A stretch of DNA of 64,000 nt from Haliotis rubra. Taxonomy: Eukaryota. Location of the stretch: positions 62,001-126,000 of the forward strand of contig NW_025765443.1 in assembly GCF_003918875.1 (NCBI RefSeq), read 5' to 3'. This document shows, piece after piece, positions 22,666-35,149 of the stretch (its first letter is position 1; every line of letters starts with the position of its first letter). The translations under genes and the position numbers were made by a program. The notes beneath the pieces were generated by a model. The model saw only the letters and a list, made by a program, of their open reading frames with translations, had not been told where the DNA came from and made no database searches.

Positions 22666-25600
22666 CCCCCCCCGTTGTGGACCCGGGGGCATATTAGGTC
22701 CACCAACCCGTTTGCCGTGGGTTGCGCCCCTGTGTCGGTGGAGGACGGGAGGCTGGTGGTTGAGGGCACTGGGAGCCTGGAACCGTGTTCCTTTTGCCCA
22801 ACACACCACTTCGCCCCTTACTTCACCTAGACGGGTGGTAGAACTGGTCCGGTTCTATCAATCGGCTGGTCATGTCATGCCCTGAGTATGGACAGCGTGT
22901 TGTTAACGGCTATTGTTCACAGTAGGTCTATCTAACACTACTTACCAGTAATTTTTGTGTTTTGTTAAATTGCCTAGAGTCCAATGCCAGAAGGCGGTGG
23001 CTCATGGGCCAATCTGGATATACGAACCTCTGACTTCTGTATTTCTTGGGAAAAGTGTCATGGGCCGAACCAGCCTGGCATTTCTTCTTTTAGTCATTGC
23101 AGCTTTTCATGTTTTTATATCTGGAGTATAACGCTCCTGTAACCCTAATGTTGCAGATTGGTCTCCGCTGCAACATTGTCCTTGTTGACACTCCATGGTG
23201 GATGGGGAACAGAGGTGTCGAATCACATTACTATAACCATGGCTCACAATACCTTTCCTTGTTCATTAAAGCACAAACGCCGTCATGTTGATGGTTTATC
23301 ATCTGACGAAGAAATCCTTCAAAACGTCACAGATTCTTGGCCGAGATTTCTCATCATTGCATCTGAGGATGGCAATCCGTTAAAACTTAATCCCTTTGTC
23401 ATTGCTAAAGGCATCAAAGGTGTCTGTGGCGATGTTAAGAATGTTTCACGTCTCCGAGGTGGTTCTATCCTAGTGGAGTGTGCAAGGAGACAACAATCAG
23501 TTAATCTGCTGTCCTTAAAACATTTTGTTAACACTACAGTTGTTGTCTCGGAGCACAAGACACTGAACTCATGTCGAGGAATAATCAGGGACCGAGCTCG
23601 TTGTCTGTCAGACATGAGCGAGGAAGAAATTGCAGCTGAACTAAAGAATCAAGGAGTTACGGCCGTTAAACGCTTTACCAGAAAACAAAATGATGAAGTT
23701 GTCAAAACAAACACTTATCTCTTTACTTTTGGCCTTGCAGTCCTTCCAAAATCAATCAAAGCTGGGTATTTCAATATCGGTGTGGACGTTTATGTTCCAA
23801 ATCCTCTCCGGTGCAAAAATGCCAGCGATTTGGACATGGAACAAAAACTTGCAGAAATAACACGGTGTGTTACCGTTGCAGTGGTAACCATGAAAGCACT
23901 GAGTGAACAAATGTTATCAAGTGCGCTCACTGCAATGGAGAGCATTTGGCCTCCTCAAAAACTTGTTCCTTTTTCCAACGAGAATCTGAAATTCGTAAAA
24001 TCAAATATACCCAAAATATTTTTTTCTTGAAGCCAAAAAATAGGTTCCAAATCCTTCTGCAACTCCTACCATCAAATATTCAACTGTCATTTCTTCCCCA
24101 CCTCCAGTCACTAAAGTTGTCACAACCTCCGTCATGTGTCAGACATCAATTTCCTGGGTTACAAACCAACTCATTCTATATGATGTTTCTCAGATGTCAA
24201 CAAAACAGATAGACACATCTGTGTCGTGTTCTCAGACAGAGAAATTGTCGGAACCCTTAAGTGACGTCACGTCTGAACCAGATTTGCAAAATGGTAAAGA
24301 TGCATGCAGCAGCCATAAACATTTATCAAACAGTGAAAAGAAAAACACTAAAGAAAAAGACCAGGGCTCTCCAGCACGTCGAGGTGCCTCCTGGGACATC
24401 TGTTGTAGAGGTTCACAATCCATTTGAACCTTTAGAGATGGAGGTCAGTCCCACAACCCCAGTAGATGGGAATAGACCCCACTCCCGATCACGAACTCCA
24501 ATTAAGCCTCCATGAGCTCTACAACCATTATTCAGTGAAATTGTAGGGGACTACGGAATAATCTTAATGATTTACATTTACTTATACAAGATTTTAGACC
24601 GTCAGCATTTTGTTTACAGGAAACCTATTTCAAAGAAAACGATCAATTTGATGTACGACAGTATAATTCATACAATTATTATTCTCCCCCAGGGCCAAAA
24701 GCCACTGGAGGGGCTTCGATATTAGTGAGGCAAGACATAATACACAGTCCTGTTCCTCTGAAAACTACACTTCAATCTGTTGCTGTACGTGTGACCATGC
24801 ACATTGTTTTTACTTTGTGCTCACTGTATGTGCCCCCTTCTTCTTCTCTCCAACCTGCTGATCTTCAAGAACTCTACGACCAGCTTACCAAACCTTGTAT
24901 CATCATGGGAGACTTGAATGGCCACAATCCCCTTTGGGTAAGTCCACATACAAACTGTAAAGGGAAAGTACTAGAAGACTTTCTTTCTAACAACAATCTA
25001 TATCCCTTTAATGATAACTCTAACACATATTTACATCCTGGAATGGGTACATATTCTTCTCTCGATTTATCCATAACAGACTCTGATCTCCTGAATGAGT
25101 TTGATTGGTCAGTCAATGACGACCTATGTGGAAGTGACCATTTTCCAACCATTGTAAAAGCTGTAACTCCGTCTGATGTTCCTCCATGTTCCAAATGGAA
25201 TTTCTCAAAAGCTAACTGGCCTTTGTTTGAAATAATGTCATCTAACAAATTAAAACCTGAACTCTTTAGAGATGTTTCCGACCCTGTGCAATTCTTTTCT
25301 GATGAACTAAACAAAATTGCTGACGAATGCATTCCAAAGTCCTCTACAAATCCTCACATACGTAAACCGTGGTTTAACAATGCCTGAAAGCAAGCTAGGA
25401 AAGCACGGAAAAAGGCTGAACACTATTTCCGTCGCCATCCAACGGTGCATAATTTGAATAAATATAAAATTTCTAACGCTAAAGCCCGACGTACAATTAA
25501 GCACAATAAACGCCAATCCTGGCGAAATTATGTGTCGAAAATCAATTCACGAACGCCTATGTCCAAGGTATGGAACATGATACAAAGAATTAAAGGTAAG

Positions 25601-27889
25601 GGTACTAAATCCAGCATCCACCATCTTAACCATGGAGATCAATTATTGACCAATAAGTCCGATATTGCGAATAAACTGGGCGAAACTCTTGCTAAACACT
25701 CTTCCTCTTCTAACTATGTGCCTCACTTTCAAAAATATCAAAAACAACAAGAGAAGAAAAATATAAATTTCAATTCAGATAATGGAGAAGATTATAATGA
25801 AATCTTTACTATTCATGAGCTCCATGATGCTCTTGAACAAGCTCATAATACTGCTACAGGAGCTGATAACATCCATTATCAACTCCTGAAACATTTACCA
25901 GAAACATGCTTACAAACCTTGTTAAATATATTTGATGATATTTGGACATCTGGTACATTCCCATCATCATGGCGTGATGCCATAGTTGTGCCCATTCCAA
26001 AACCTGGACGGGTTCATACTGATCCCTCAAATTATCGACCCATTTCCTTGACTAGTTGCGTTTGTAAAACCGTGGAACGAATGATCAACAATAGATTAAT
26101 ATGGTATTTGGAATCCAACAATTTAATTACAAATATTCAATGTGGATTTCGGAAAAATCGAAGTATTGTTGACCATTTCGATTTAGAAAAAGCATATGAC
26201 ACTACGTGGAAATATGGCATTTTAAAAGATCTACATGATTTTGGATTACGAGGCCGTTTGCCTCATTTCATATCCAACATTTTAACTGACAGGCAATTTC
26301 AAGTCCGAGTGGGTTCGACCCTATCTGATCATTATCATCAGGATCAGGGTGTGCCACAAGGCAGTATTTTGTCTGTCACTTTATTTAGTATCAAAATTAA
26401 CAGTTTATCTAAAGTTTTAAATGATTCCCTTGATGGGTCACTTTTTGTGGATGATTTTAATATTTCTTGTCGTGGTAAAAATATGCGTACTATTGAACGG
26501 CAAATGCAGTTGTGTTTAAACAAAATAGATAAATGGTGTCTTGAAAACGGCTTTAAATTTTCTAAATCCAAAACTAATTGTATACATTTCTGCCGTAGGT
26601 GGCCGATGGTGGCGCGGTTGCTTTTGCCACTGTCATTGGGTCCAAAACAATCTCTTCTTGCAGAAGCAAACGCAATACTAACAGCTCTTAAATATATTAA
26701 AAAACACCGTAAATATAAACAATATATAATATTTTCAGACTCTCTTTCTTGCCTTCAGGCCATTAAAAATATTTCTTGTAAACATCCACTTTTAATAGAA
26801 ATTACAGAATTATAAAATGATCTTGCAACTGGCCAATACGACATCGTCCTCTGCTGGTTACCCAGCCACGTTGGCATTTCTGGGAACACGATGGCTGATA
26901 TTGCTGCTAAGGCAGCACTCAACAAATCTGTGACACCACTTCTGATCCCATACTCTGATTATAAAGCCAGCATTAGAACATACATCCGCGATCTGGTGCA
27001 AAAGAAGTGGGATGCCCAAGAAGGTATCAATAAATTACATGCAATCAAACCAACTATAGGTTACACCTACTTGGGTTGTCAGTCCAGATTCGAAGAGGTC
27101 ATCATACGACGATGTCGTATTGGCCACACAAGATATATTCATGAGTACCTATTGAAAGGTGAGGAACCTCCGTTTCGTATCCCTTGTGATGAAAGAATCA
27201 CGGTCAAGCATGTCCTGCTGGACTGTGTTGAATATTCCATCACAAGGGATAAGTATTTTAATGTCAAAACATTGAAGGATCTTTTTTATAATGTTAATTA
27301 TCATTTAATAGTTTTTTAAAATTAAATTTTTAATAGAATTAGATTTGTTAACTGATTTGTAAATAGATAAATATTTTATTATTGGTAATTTACATTAGTC
27401 ACTGAGATTGTTAGTGGCTGTACCCTCAAAGGGGTTGACGTAGCGTAAAATTATTGTCCTCCTGAGAGGGTACGTAAGTCCCAAAACTTTCAAAGTAAAA
27501 CATAAATTATCACATTTTAAACGTAGTATTTTTGTTATTTTAACTATTGGCTAAATTTTCCTACAATCGTCAGCGGCTGAAGGGATGGTGTAAATCCAAC
27601 TAGGATCCATGCAGGTAGCAAAAGTAATGTAAGTCCCCATGGCTCCTAGCATGGTGATCTACCTTCAGTTGGTAGCGATCTATAGCCCATTTTTATATTG
27701 TGTTATAGGTTAAAAGGTTGTAGATTCAATAACTAGTTTTACATGTATATCTGTGATACTCTAGTTCTTTTACTGTCCTTCGTCGGCAGGTGTTTTATAA
27801 TATATATATATTTTATTTCAATATCAAATGTTCTCGTCACGATATGGCTGAAATATTGCCGATGTGACGTTAAATAATAACTCACTCAC
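22607..27889 (+). mobile_element. Full-length but decayed I-group (Nimb-like) LINE: ORF1 with zinc knuckles, ORF2 APE-RT-RNase H
   Basis: 12-bp TSD tcgtcgacctta (22595-22606 / 27890-27901); empty site at ~13735; GDLNGH, SDHFP, YRPISLTS, QGVPQGSILS, FVDD; stops and internal deletions; (ACTC)n tail. Confidence 0.95.
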
Positions 27890-28468
27890 TCGTCGACCTT
27901 AAAGCAAACGTTACAAAACTTGACACACATCGCTACCATGCGATAATACAACGACGTTCTAAAGAATTGCCCAAATGTATGAAGAATCAAAGCCATCAAA
28001 ACACCTTCAAATGGCCATCAATTATCCCGCCATCAAACAAGTTTCCTTTGCGTCTGAACACAACGCGTTCTATTGTATTTATCTTCCAGTTAATGTTAAA
28101 TATTAACTTAACAATTGGGATTGTTTCAATACAGGTATGGTAAGAGATAAGATGGCAATAGTTATTGGCATACATAAAGTACTGTGCAATTTCGGTCATT
28201 AAAACATCTTGATATTTACGAAATTGCCACTCTTATTATTTAAATCAATCGCATCCCATCTACATGCCCGAGCCTTGAAAGGTATCACATATCCTGTTTT
28301 GATATCCTTTGGATTCACTAAATTTTCACATTTTTCACATTTTTATGAAATGGAAACACTGTTGACTTTGTCATGCTGACCTTCATGTTGATATATTTGT
28401 TGTCAGGAGACATTCTGTTGAGACTGACTATGACCAGGACTTTTAAAATTCTGTTTTAGATATCCAAC

Positions 28469-31400
28469 ATGGAATGGTGCTGGGTGGGGATGCTTTTGGT
28501 CTGTGTCACTGTGGTCCTCACTGGTAGGGACGTTATTCATGGAATGTAAAACAAGTGTAAACATTTGCAGATCTGGGCCTAGATTTTCGAGGCTCTCTGA
28601 GAGCTAAGATAGTCGTAAGTCAATGTTAATGTATGGCACTTACGACTATCTTGGCGCTAAGAGAGCTTCGAAAATCCAGGCCCTCTGTAGTCTTGATTCA
28701 CAAATACTTTGCTATTTTCGAATCATTTCACTATGTTCTGAAGGTAAACCTTTACAAATGATACGTAACAAGTTTTTTTAAGCAGATGCAGAATGCCACT
28801 GCACTACATCAGAACTCTGTGACAAGTACCCCTCAACTCCCTGTGGTCAGGGCATGTGTTTGCAGGGATGGTTTGGAATGTACTGTCAGAAACGTGAGTA
28901 TGACGTAGATGCTTATAGATAAATCTATGTCAACGTGTCACTAGTATTTGTTCATTCCACTTGTCATGCTTATGTTGTGTTCCTGTTTTCAGAAAATATT
29001 GCTCTCCGAAGATCGAGTAGCCAGAGTAGTACACTAAATGGCAACTATGGAGCAGGACTGGGTGTTGACGGCAGAGCCACAACAGATGCAGGGAGCCAGC
29101 CATTGACATGTGCTCATACAATGCGTGAGACAAATCCCACCTGGACTGTGAACCTGAATACACCAGTTACAGAGAAGATACAACACATCAGACTTTATCT
29201 TCGCAACGACCGTGAGTTGACCCATACGATCAATGTTATACTGGTAACATGAAACGGTGAAAGCAAATGACACTCACATATACTCATAGAAACGAATAAG
29301 GGAACACCTGAATGTACAAGTGTTCCTTTATTTATTTCCAGACTGTTACTCACAGTCCGGACACTTGTGCTTTCATGTGTTCCCTTATTTGTTTCCATGA
29401 GTATATTTTGTGTAGTTCATGAGTTGTTCTCACAAAGGATGTGAGCAAATGCAAAATTATTCCAAAATTTTAGTGGAATTGACATATTATCCATATTAGG
29501 ACGCATTCAGACTAGCATGTCACCAATGTAACATGTGAGAACAAAACATTTATAATGAAACAAAATGCTTACAAAATGCTTTGTATTTCACATTGTTAAT
29601 CGTTAGATACTTGGGGTACTTACAAAGTAGTCATTTGCTACGAACAAACCAAGAGACTGAAATAAAAAATAGCCTCATAATACGAAACGAATGAGTTACA
29701 GTGAATTATAACAGACGGAAAAAAATATACTCCTGTATGTTTCAGGTTGAGAATCGACGACATTCATAATGTTAATATACCTGCTTGATAATAAAACAGT
29801 TTTAGATCAAAATGATTAGAGAAGCCACGTTCAACTAGTTTCTGATCAGAGATTTTCAAATTCCAAACCAATCTATTTTCTTGTCTTAATTTTATATACA
29901 GTCATGTTATACTAGATGGACATCTATTCATCTATTTTAGGAATTAACAAAACAATTCAAATTCACTTGTTAAATCAGCAATGGATACAGCAGCTTACAC
30001 ATTTCAGACTGTGTCGTATCGCTATTTCTCATACGAAAAGGCGACGTCATGTGTTCACGGTTTTGCATTTAATATTAATCATACAATAGTCTGAAATGGT
30101 ACAAGTAATAAATTGAGATCGATGAAAATGTAGATAATTCCATGATGGTTAACCGAGGTGTGGGAAGTCTGAAGTGAGAGAAGGGTGGAGTAGTATTTTA
30201 AACGTGATGCTCACCAGTAAATGTTTGAATTAAGAAGATCTCACAAAGTGTCTTCACCTGTCAGTTTTTTACCGACATGACAATCCGTTTTGTAGACAAG
30301 TATAATCAGTCCATACAAACAATACATGACATTCCTTACCTGCTTTGCGCAGTGCATTACGCTATAAAATCATGTCATAATATTGTTCTTCGTGTGCTGA
30401 AGTGTGGCAGACTGGGCAGTCTGGGCAGTCAACGCCGTGGCATATAATGGCATGAACTGACCATTCTTATCCCTAGTTGATACAGTTAAGTGAGTGGACT
30501 CACTCACTCACTCACTAAGATATTGAGGGACACGTTTCAAATTTGACGACAAATATGCTAGAAGTACATTTCCAATGATTGATATTCAATATCAGAAAGG
30601 AGAGAATACACACCTGTTGAAATCTGTCTTATAAAACACGTCCTGGTAATCTGTGTCACCATCAGTAAATCTAACATGTCGGGGGAATTAGCTCAGGCCT
30701 AGGGCGAAGAATACGCGTGAATTTCCAAATTGAAACAGTAAGTTAACTGATAGTTCAGTATGTACATCTTGTCCACGTATATGGTTATATCTTATAAAAT
30801 GTTTGCATAACAAGAAATTCCGTTAAGAACAGCAGCAGTTCAAAGTCCCTTCTTTCAATGAAATTACAAGTGATAATTTTCTTGACTTGTTATTCTTTGT
30901 ATGTGTATGAAATGCTTTAGAAATAGTTCATGGTGATCTTGTATTTTAGCTGTATGATTTCTTCATATCCCTAGGATTAAATCATGAAGTCGGTAGGTTT
31001 CCCTTGCCCTTTTCATATAGAACACAATCACCAGGCTCATGATTTTTTTTACATATCTCGATTAAAAATTGTCACCTATGTCTTACAAATCGTGCATTTG
31101 TACAGAATCCTAGTGATCATTGTAAAACCAGATATATTTAAAACAAATCAAACTACAAACCTCGGAATTTTAAAATATTAACGAACCTTAAGTGCACTGA
31201 TACATTCGATGTGAAGCCTCATAGGTTTTAACTTTTATCAACTTGAGTTTATATGCATCATGTCCCTGGTCAAACATATCATATGTGTCTGCCATCTGTG
31301 CAGTTCAGGAGAGAAACAACGGCATGGAGATACTTGTGGGCAAACAGATGTGCTACAACTGGTCGTCTTCTGAACATCCCCCTCCTATAGCTAACGTCAC

Positions 31401-34400
31401 CTGCCGCCAGCCACTGACAGGAACCACGGTGACCATACGGATACCTGGTCCACTGAAATTCCTTACTTTGTGTGAAGTGCAGATATTTGGTATGTCATGG
31501 CTATGTGGATTTACATAGTTGGATATATTGTTCATTGGTATGAACTAGAAAAGGTTTCACTATGGATACATGTATTATCTATCGGGCTGTTGAAACGTAT
31601 TAAATTTGAATGGATATTGCAGCGATGAACTAAACACTTTCCACCCATCTATTAGGACTCTTAACATTAAGTATAATCCTGTTATCACTTGAATTCAATG
31701 CCAAGTGAGGTTTTCTTTATTGAATTGTTCAATCTTGTCAACAACAATGAAAAATGTATCTATCCATCAACTGTATTCATTCAGTAGAGTATACCACAGG
31801 CCCATGATACAATAGCAAAACTGGAGTCCACGTCTCACGGTGCCTGTTTGATTCTAATCCACATTACTATGTATATATCAATGGTAAGCGTTTTGACCGT
31901 GCAATCGTTCGTGTACGCCATTAATAGATTGACTTGATGTTATCCAAATTTTAACACCAATGGTAATATTTGAAGGTACTGAATCGTCTTTGTAGGTCAT
32001 ACATGGTGTCATGGTTGTTCGTCTGTGTCGTATGAAAGAGATACCTTGCGTTGAGAATGTGGGTCGGAATAACGGATGGGACTCAACACACAACAACACT
32101 AAAATGTGTACTTTGTTTAGAAATTTTAATCTCAAATATAACATATGTTATGTTACATTTAACCACTTCCTGAAAGAAAATGTGTATTCATGTTTGAAGT
32201 GACGCATATATTTTATCAAAGTGTTAGGGTATAAATGCATCACATACAGTTCTACATTATGTGTATGGTGGCCATATCTGAAAATGTCAACCAATTATCA
32301 GTTTGCAGTGATGGATGGTTTTCTGAAGATTGTGACAAAGAGTGCAGTTGCCGTAGCAGTGCTGATGTATGTGACAAGATCACTGGTCGCTGTTCTAGGA
32401 GATGTCTCCCAGGATATTATGGAACCAACTGCCAAACAGGTTTGAGCATAGTTACAATTTTAGTCAGATGCATTTGATAATACGTCAGATGCATGTTTCC
32501 TTTCCCGAATGAGTTTTTGAGTTAAGTGACCAGTCGTACATTGTATATGTGGAAACAAATAAGTCTCATGGCCAAAATGGACCCATACGCTACTAAACAT
32601 TGACGGTAACACCCCAAAAGGTATGTGCCGAAACAGACAGAACAGATACCATGGTAGCGGTTGGGAGGATCTCATACTTACAATTAATTTGAAGAAAAAA
32701 AACACTTTTGAGTAACGATAGTGGTTGGTTGGGTTGGGCTGGGTAGCGGTTAATTTGGTAGTGGTGGTGGTGGTAGTAGCAGTGGTGGTAGTGGTAGTGA
32801 ATGTGTATTTGTATGTGTGTGTGCGTGCGTATGTGTACGTGTTTGGGGAACGGGGACTTTGTTTCTGTCAATGTATGTCATCGAATAGATACAAAACGTA
32901 TAAACTTCTTCACCAATAGTCAAAAACCAAAACGACTATAGCTTTGTATTTTGTGTTATGATAAACAGGAGTGACTAAACAGGCGATTAAACGGATACCA
33001 AAAGGGGAAAGTTTGAATAACTTTCATAAAGGCAGACGAATAAGTTTGAAAACTATCTGAATTGAATTTATAAAGGAAATCAATGTATATGCGCAACGTG
33101 CAGTCTGGTCATGTTTTCGGATACTCTGTGGTTAAACTAACAGTATTCATGTAGAACCTGTAGAAGTTTGTTCTCATGTGTGACGAGATTTAACATTGAG
33201 AACACTTCCTTGCATTTTTATTGATAATATATACTGTTTTTGACTGTGTGTTACCTTTCCCTCAATATCCAGTGAATGAACTTCATCAAGTGTCATAACG
33301 TTCTTATTTGTTAGGCTAGAATAGGTTGCCACAGCATCAGATTAACTGTGGATGTGGCTAGCCATATTGAAGAGTTCCTCAAAAAACAATTCGTTTATGT
33401 ACACAGCATGTCCAGATGGTTACTATGGTCTGGCCTGTGGCTTCCAGTGTGGCAACTGTGTGGATGGTGACGTTTGCATCAAGACAAATGGAACATGTCC
33501 TGGAGGATGTGTAGCAGGGTGGATTTACGGCAGGTGTAGTCAGCGTAAGTCAATTGCAATGATAACATCAGCAGCAAGATCATGATAGCTTTTAGATCTT
33601 ATGTCTGACTATTCAACAGAACATTGCGGAACATATTCTAAATGAACTGTTGTGTCTGTGGTGACGTCAGGGAGAATACATGACCAAATCTGGTGGTGCA
33701 TCTCAGGGTTGAAAAAATTAAAATAAGTCGGTTCAACCAAGGTGTAAAACATCGGAGAGCTCTGAAGTGGGGATAACTCTTGTTCAGAATGTGACTTTAT
33801 CGTTTATCTCCATGGGAAATTCCTGGTTTGCATGAACAAACTTTTAGCAATGATTATAACAACCTACATAATATACATAGGAACCTCAGCGGACATGCCA
33901 AGAGTAAAGAGCAATATTCCCTAAATGCCCCTGACATTTGATATTGAAATGTTAACTGCATCACAGAGGCTTACACTTGCTTAGACTATTCTTCACCGGC
34001 AGGTGTTAATTTTACATTATACAACATGTCCCGAAGGACATTATGGTGCCAATTGTGCCTCTCCGTGTGGTCACTGTCTGGACACTGGCGTCTGTGACAA
34101 GGTTACAGGCAAATGTCCTGGAGGATGCCAGCCTGGATGGTGGCCAGATTTCTGTTCACAGGGTAGATACTTAATCGCCACTTGTTCCTGCATATCTTAA
34201 ATGTTTTGTCTTTTTGTTAATGGTTAATGATATGTTTATAGCTTGCAGTGACGGTCGCCATGGACTCCACTGTCAGTCTGAGTGTGGCCAATGTAAAGGA
34301 AACCTGCCTTGTAACAAGATCAATGGGACATGCAATCAAGGATGTCAGCCAGGGTTTCAAGAACCCCTTTGTACAGGTGGGATGCATTTTGAATGTGATG

Positions 34401-35149
34401 GCAGTTATAATTTCTCATTATATCGCGGACGCCTGGCAGTTAGATGAAAAATGTATCTTCTCTACTCCCCAGAATGCGTTGATGGAATGTACGGTGATGA
34501 CTGCATGTCACGATGTGGTCAGTGTAAAGACGGCTTAACCTGTGATAAGTCCAGCGGAGAATGTCCCGAAGGATGTCAGGGTAACTTCATGAAAAGCAAT
34601 AAGAAATAATGTATTCTTTCGACCATATGCAAAGGTTTGCTCAGTCATCAAGACGACAGGCAGCTAGATAACTGCTGTTGAAATTCTTATTTTCTATTGA
34701 TATAATGAATGAAGGTAACTTGGTAAGATATCAAGGCAGATGATATGAACCCCTTTTTATGTTCTGAAAGGTTGTACAGAGTGCCCGGCAACGCCAGGAT
34801 ACTCAAACCAGGTGGTGCCAGTTGCAGCAACACTTGGGACACTACTCGTCTTGGCTCTCATCGCTCTGCTGACAGCCATCATTTACAACAGAAGGTAAGG
34901 GGAAGATACTTGATACTTAAGAACAGCGATTGACATTTTGTGCTATATTAACCACATAATCTTATGTATAGGAACGCATTTCTATATTAGAATCATAAGA
35001 ATTGAAACATTTCCGTATATTACAGACTGAGGGTTCAACTGGATGCGTCAGAAAAGAAACACGAAGATAACTACTTGTCTTTAGACGAGAGGACCAAGGA
35101 TCCAGTTGTGGAGAACACATATGAGCACATCGACAATACCACCGAATAA
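28469..35149 (+). CDS. Unit C: F-type lectin/multi-EGF/TM/ITAM-like receptor, best candidate for an intact copy. Exons 28469-28523, 28786-28893, 28993-29211, 31304-31489, 32302-32439, 33407-33544, [34025-34162 acceptor lost], 34242-34376, 34473-34580, 34771-34894, 35026-35149
   Basis: Signal peptide MEWCWVGMLLVCVTVVLT; FTP motifs NIAL..QSS..VDG..CAHT..PTWTVNL..R-x-D..R..LTLCEVQIF; consistent phase-1 junctions; TM VVPVAATLGTLLVLALIALLTAIIY; tail DNYLSL-x12-YEHI. Confidence 0.85.
28575..28683. mobile_element. Palindromic MITE (GGGCC...GGCCC termini, 3-bp TSD tct; PIF/Harbinger-like)
   Basis: Long hairpin; absent in the inverted paralog near 17140. Confidence 0.75.
29281..29403. mobile_element. 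Tc1/mariner-type MITE
   Basis: TIR tactcat(a/g)gaaac(g/a)aataagggaacac with TA flanks; absent in the paralog near 16140. Confidence 0.8.

Noticed and set aside
32593-32919. His-rich and Val-rich ORFs
   Set aside because: Translations of (GTG/GTA)n and (GT)n microsatellites.
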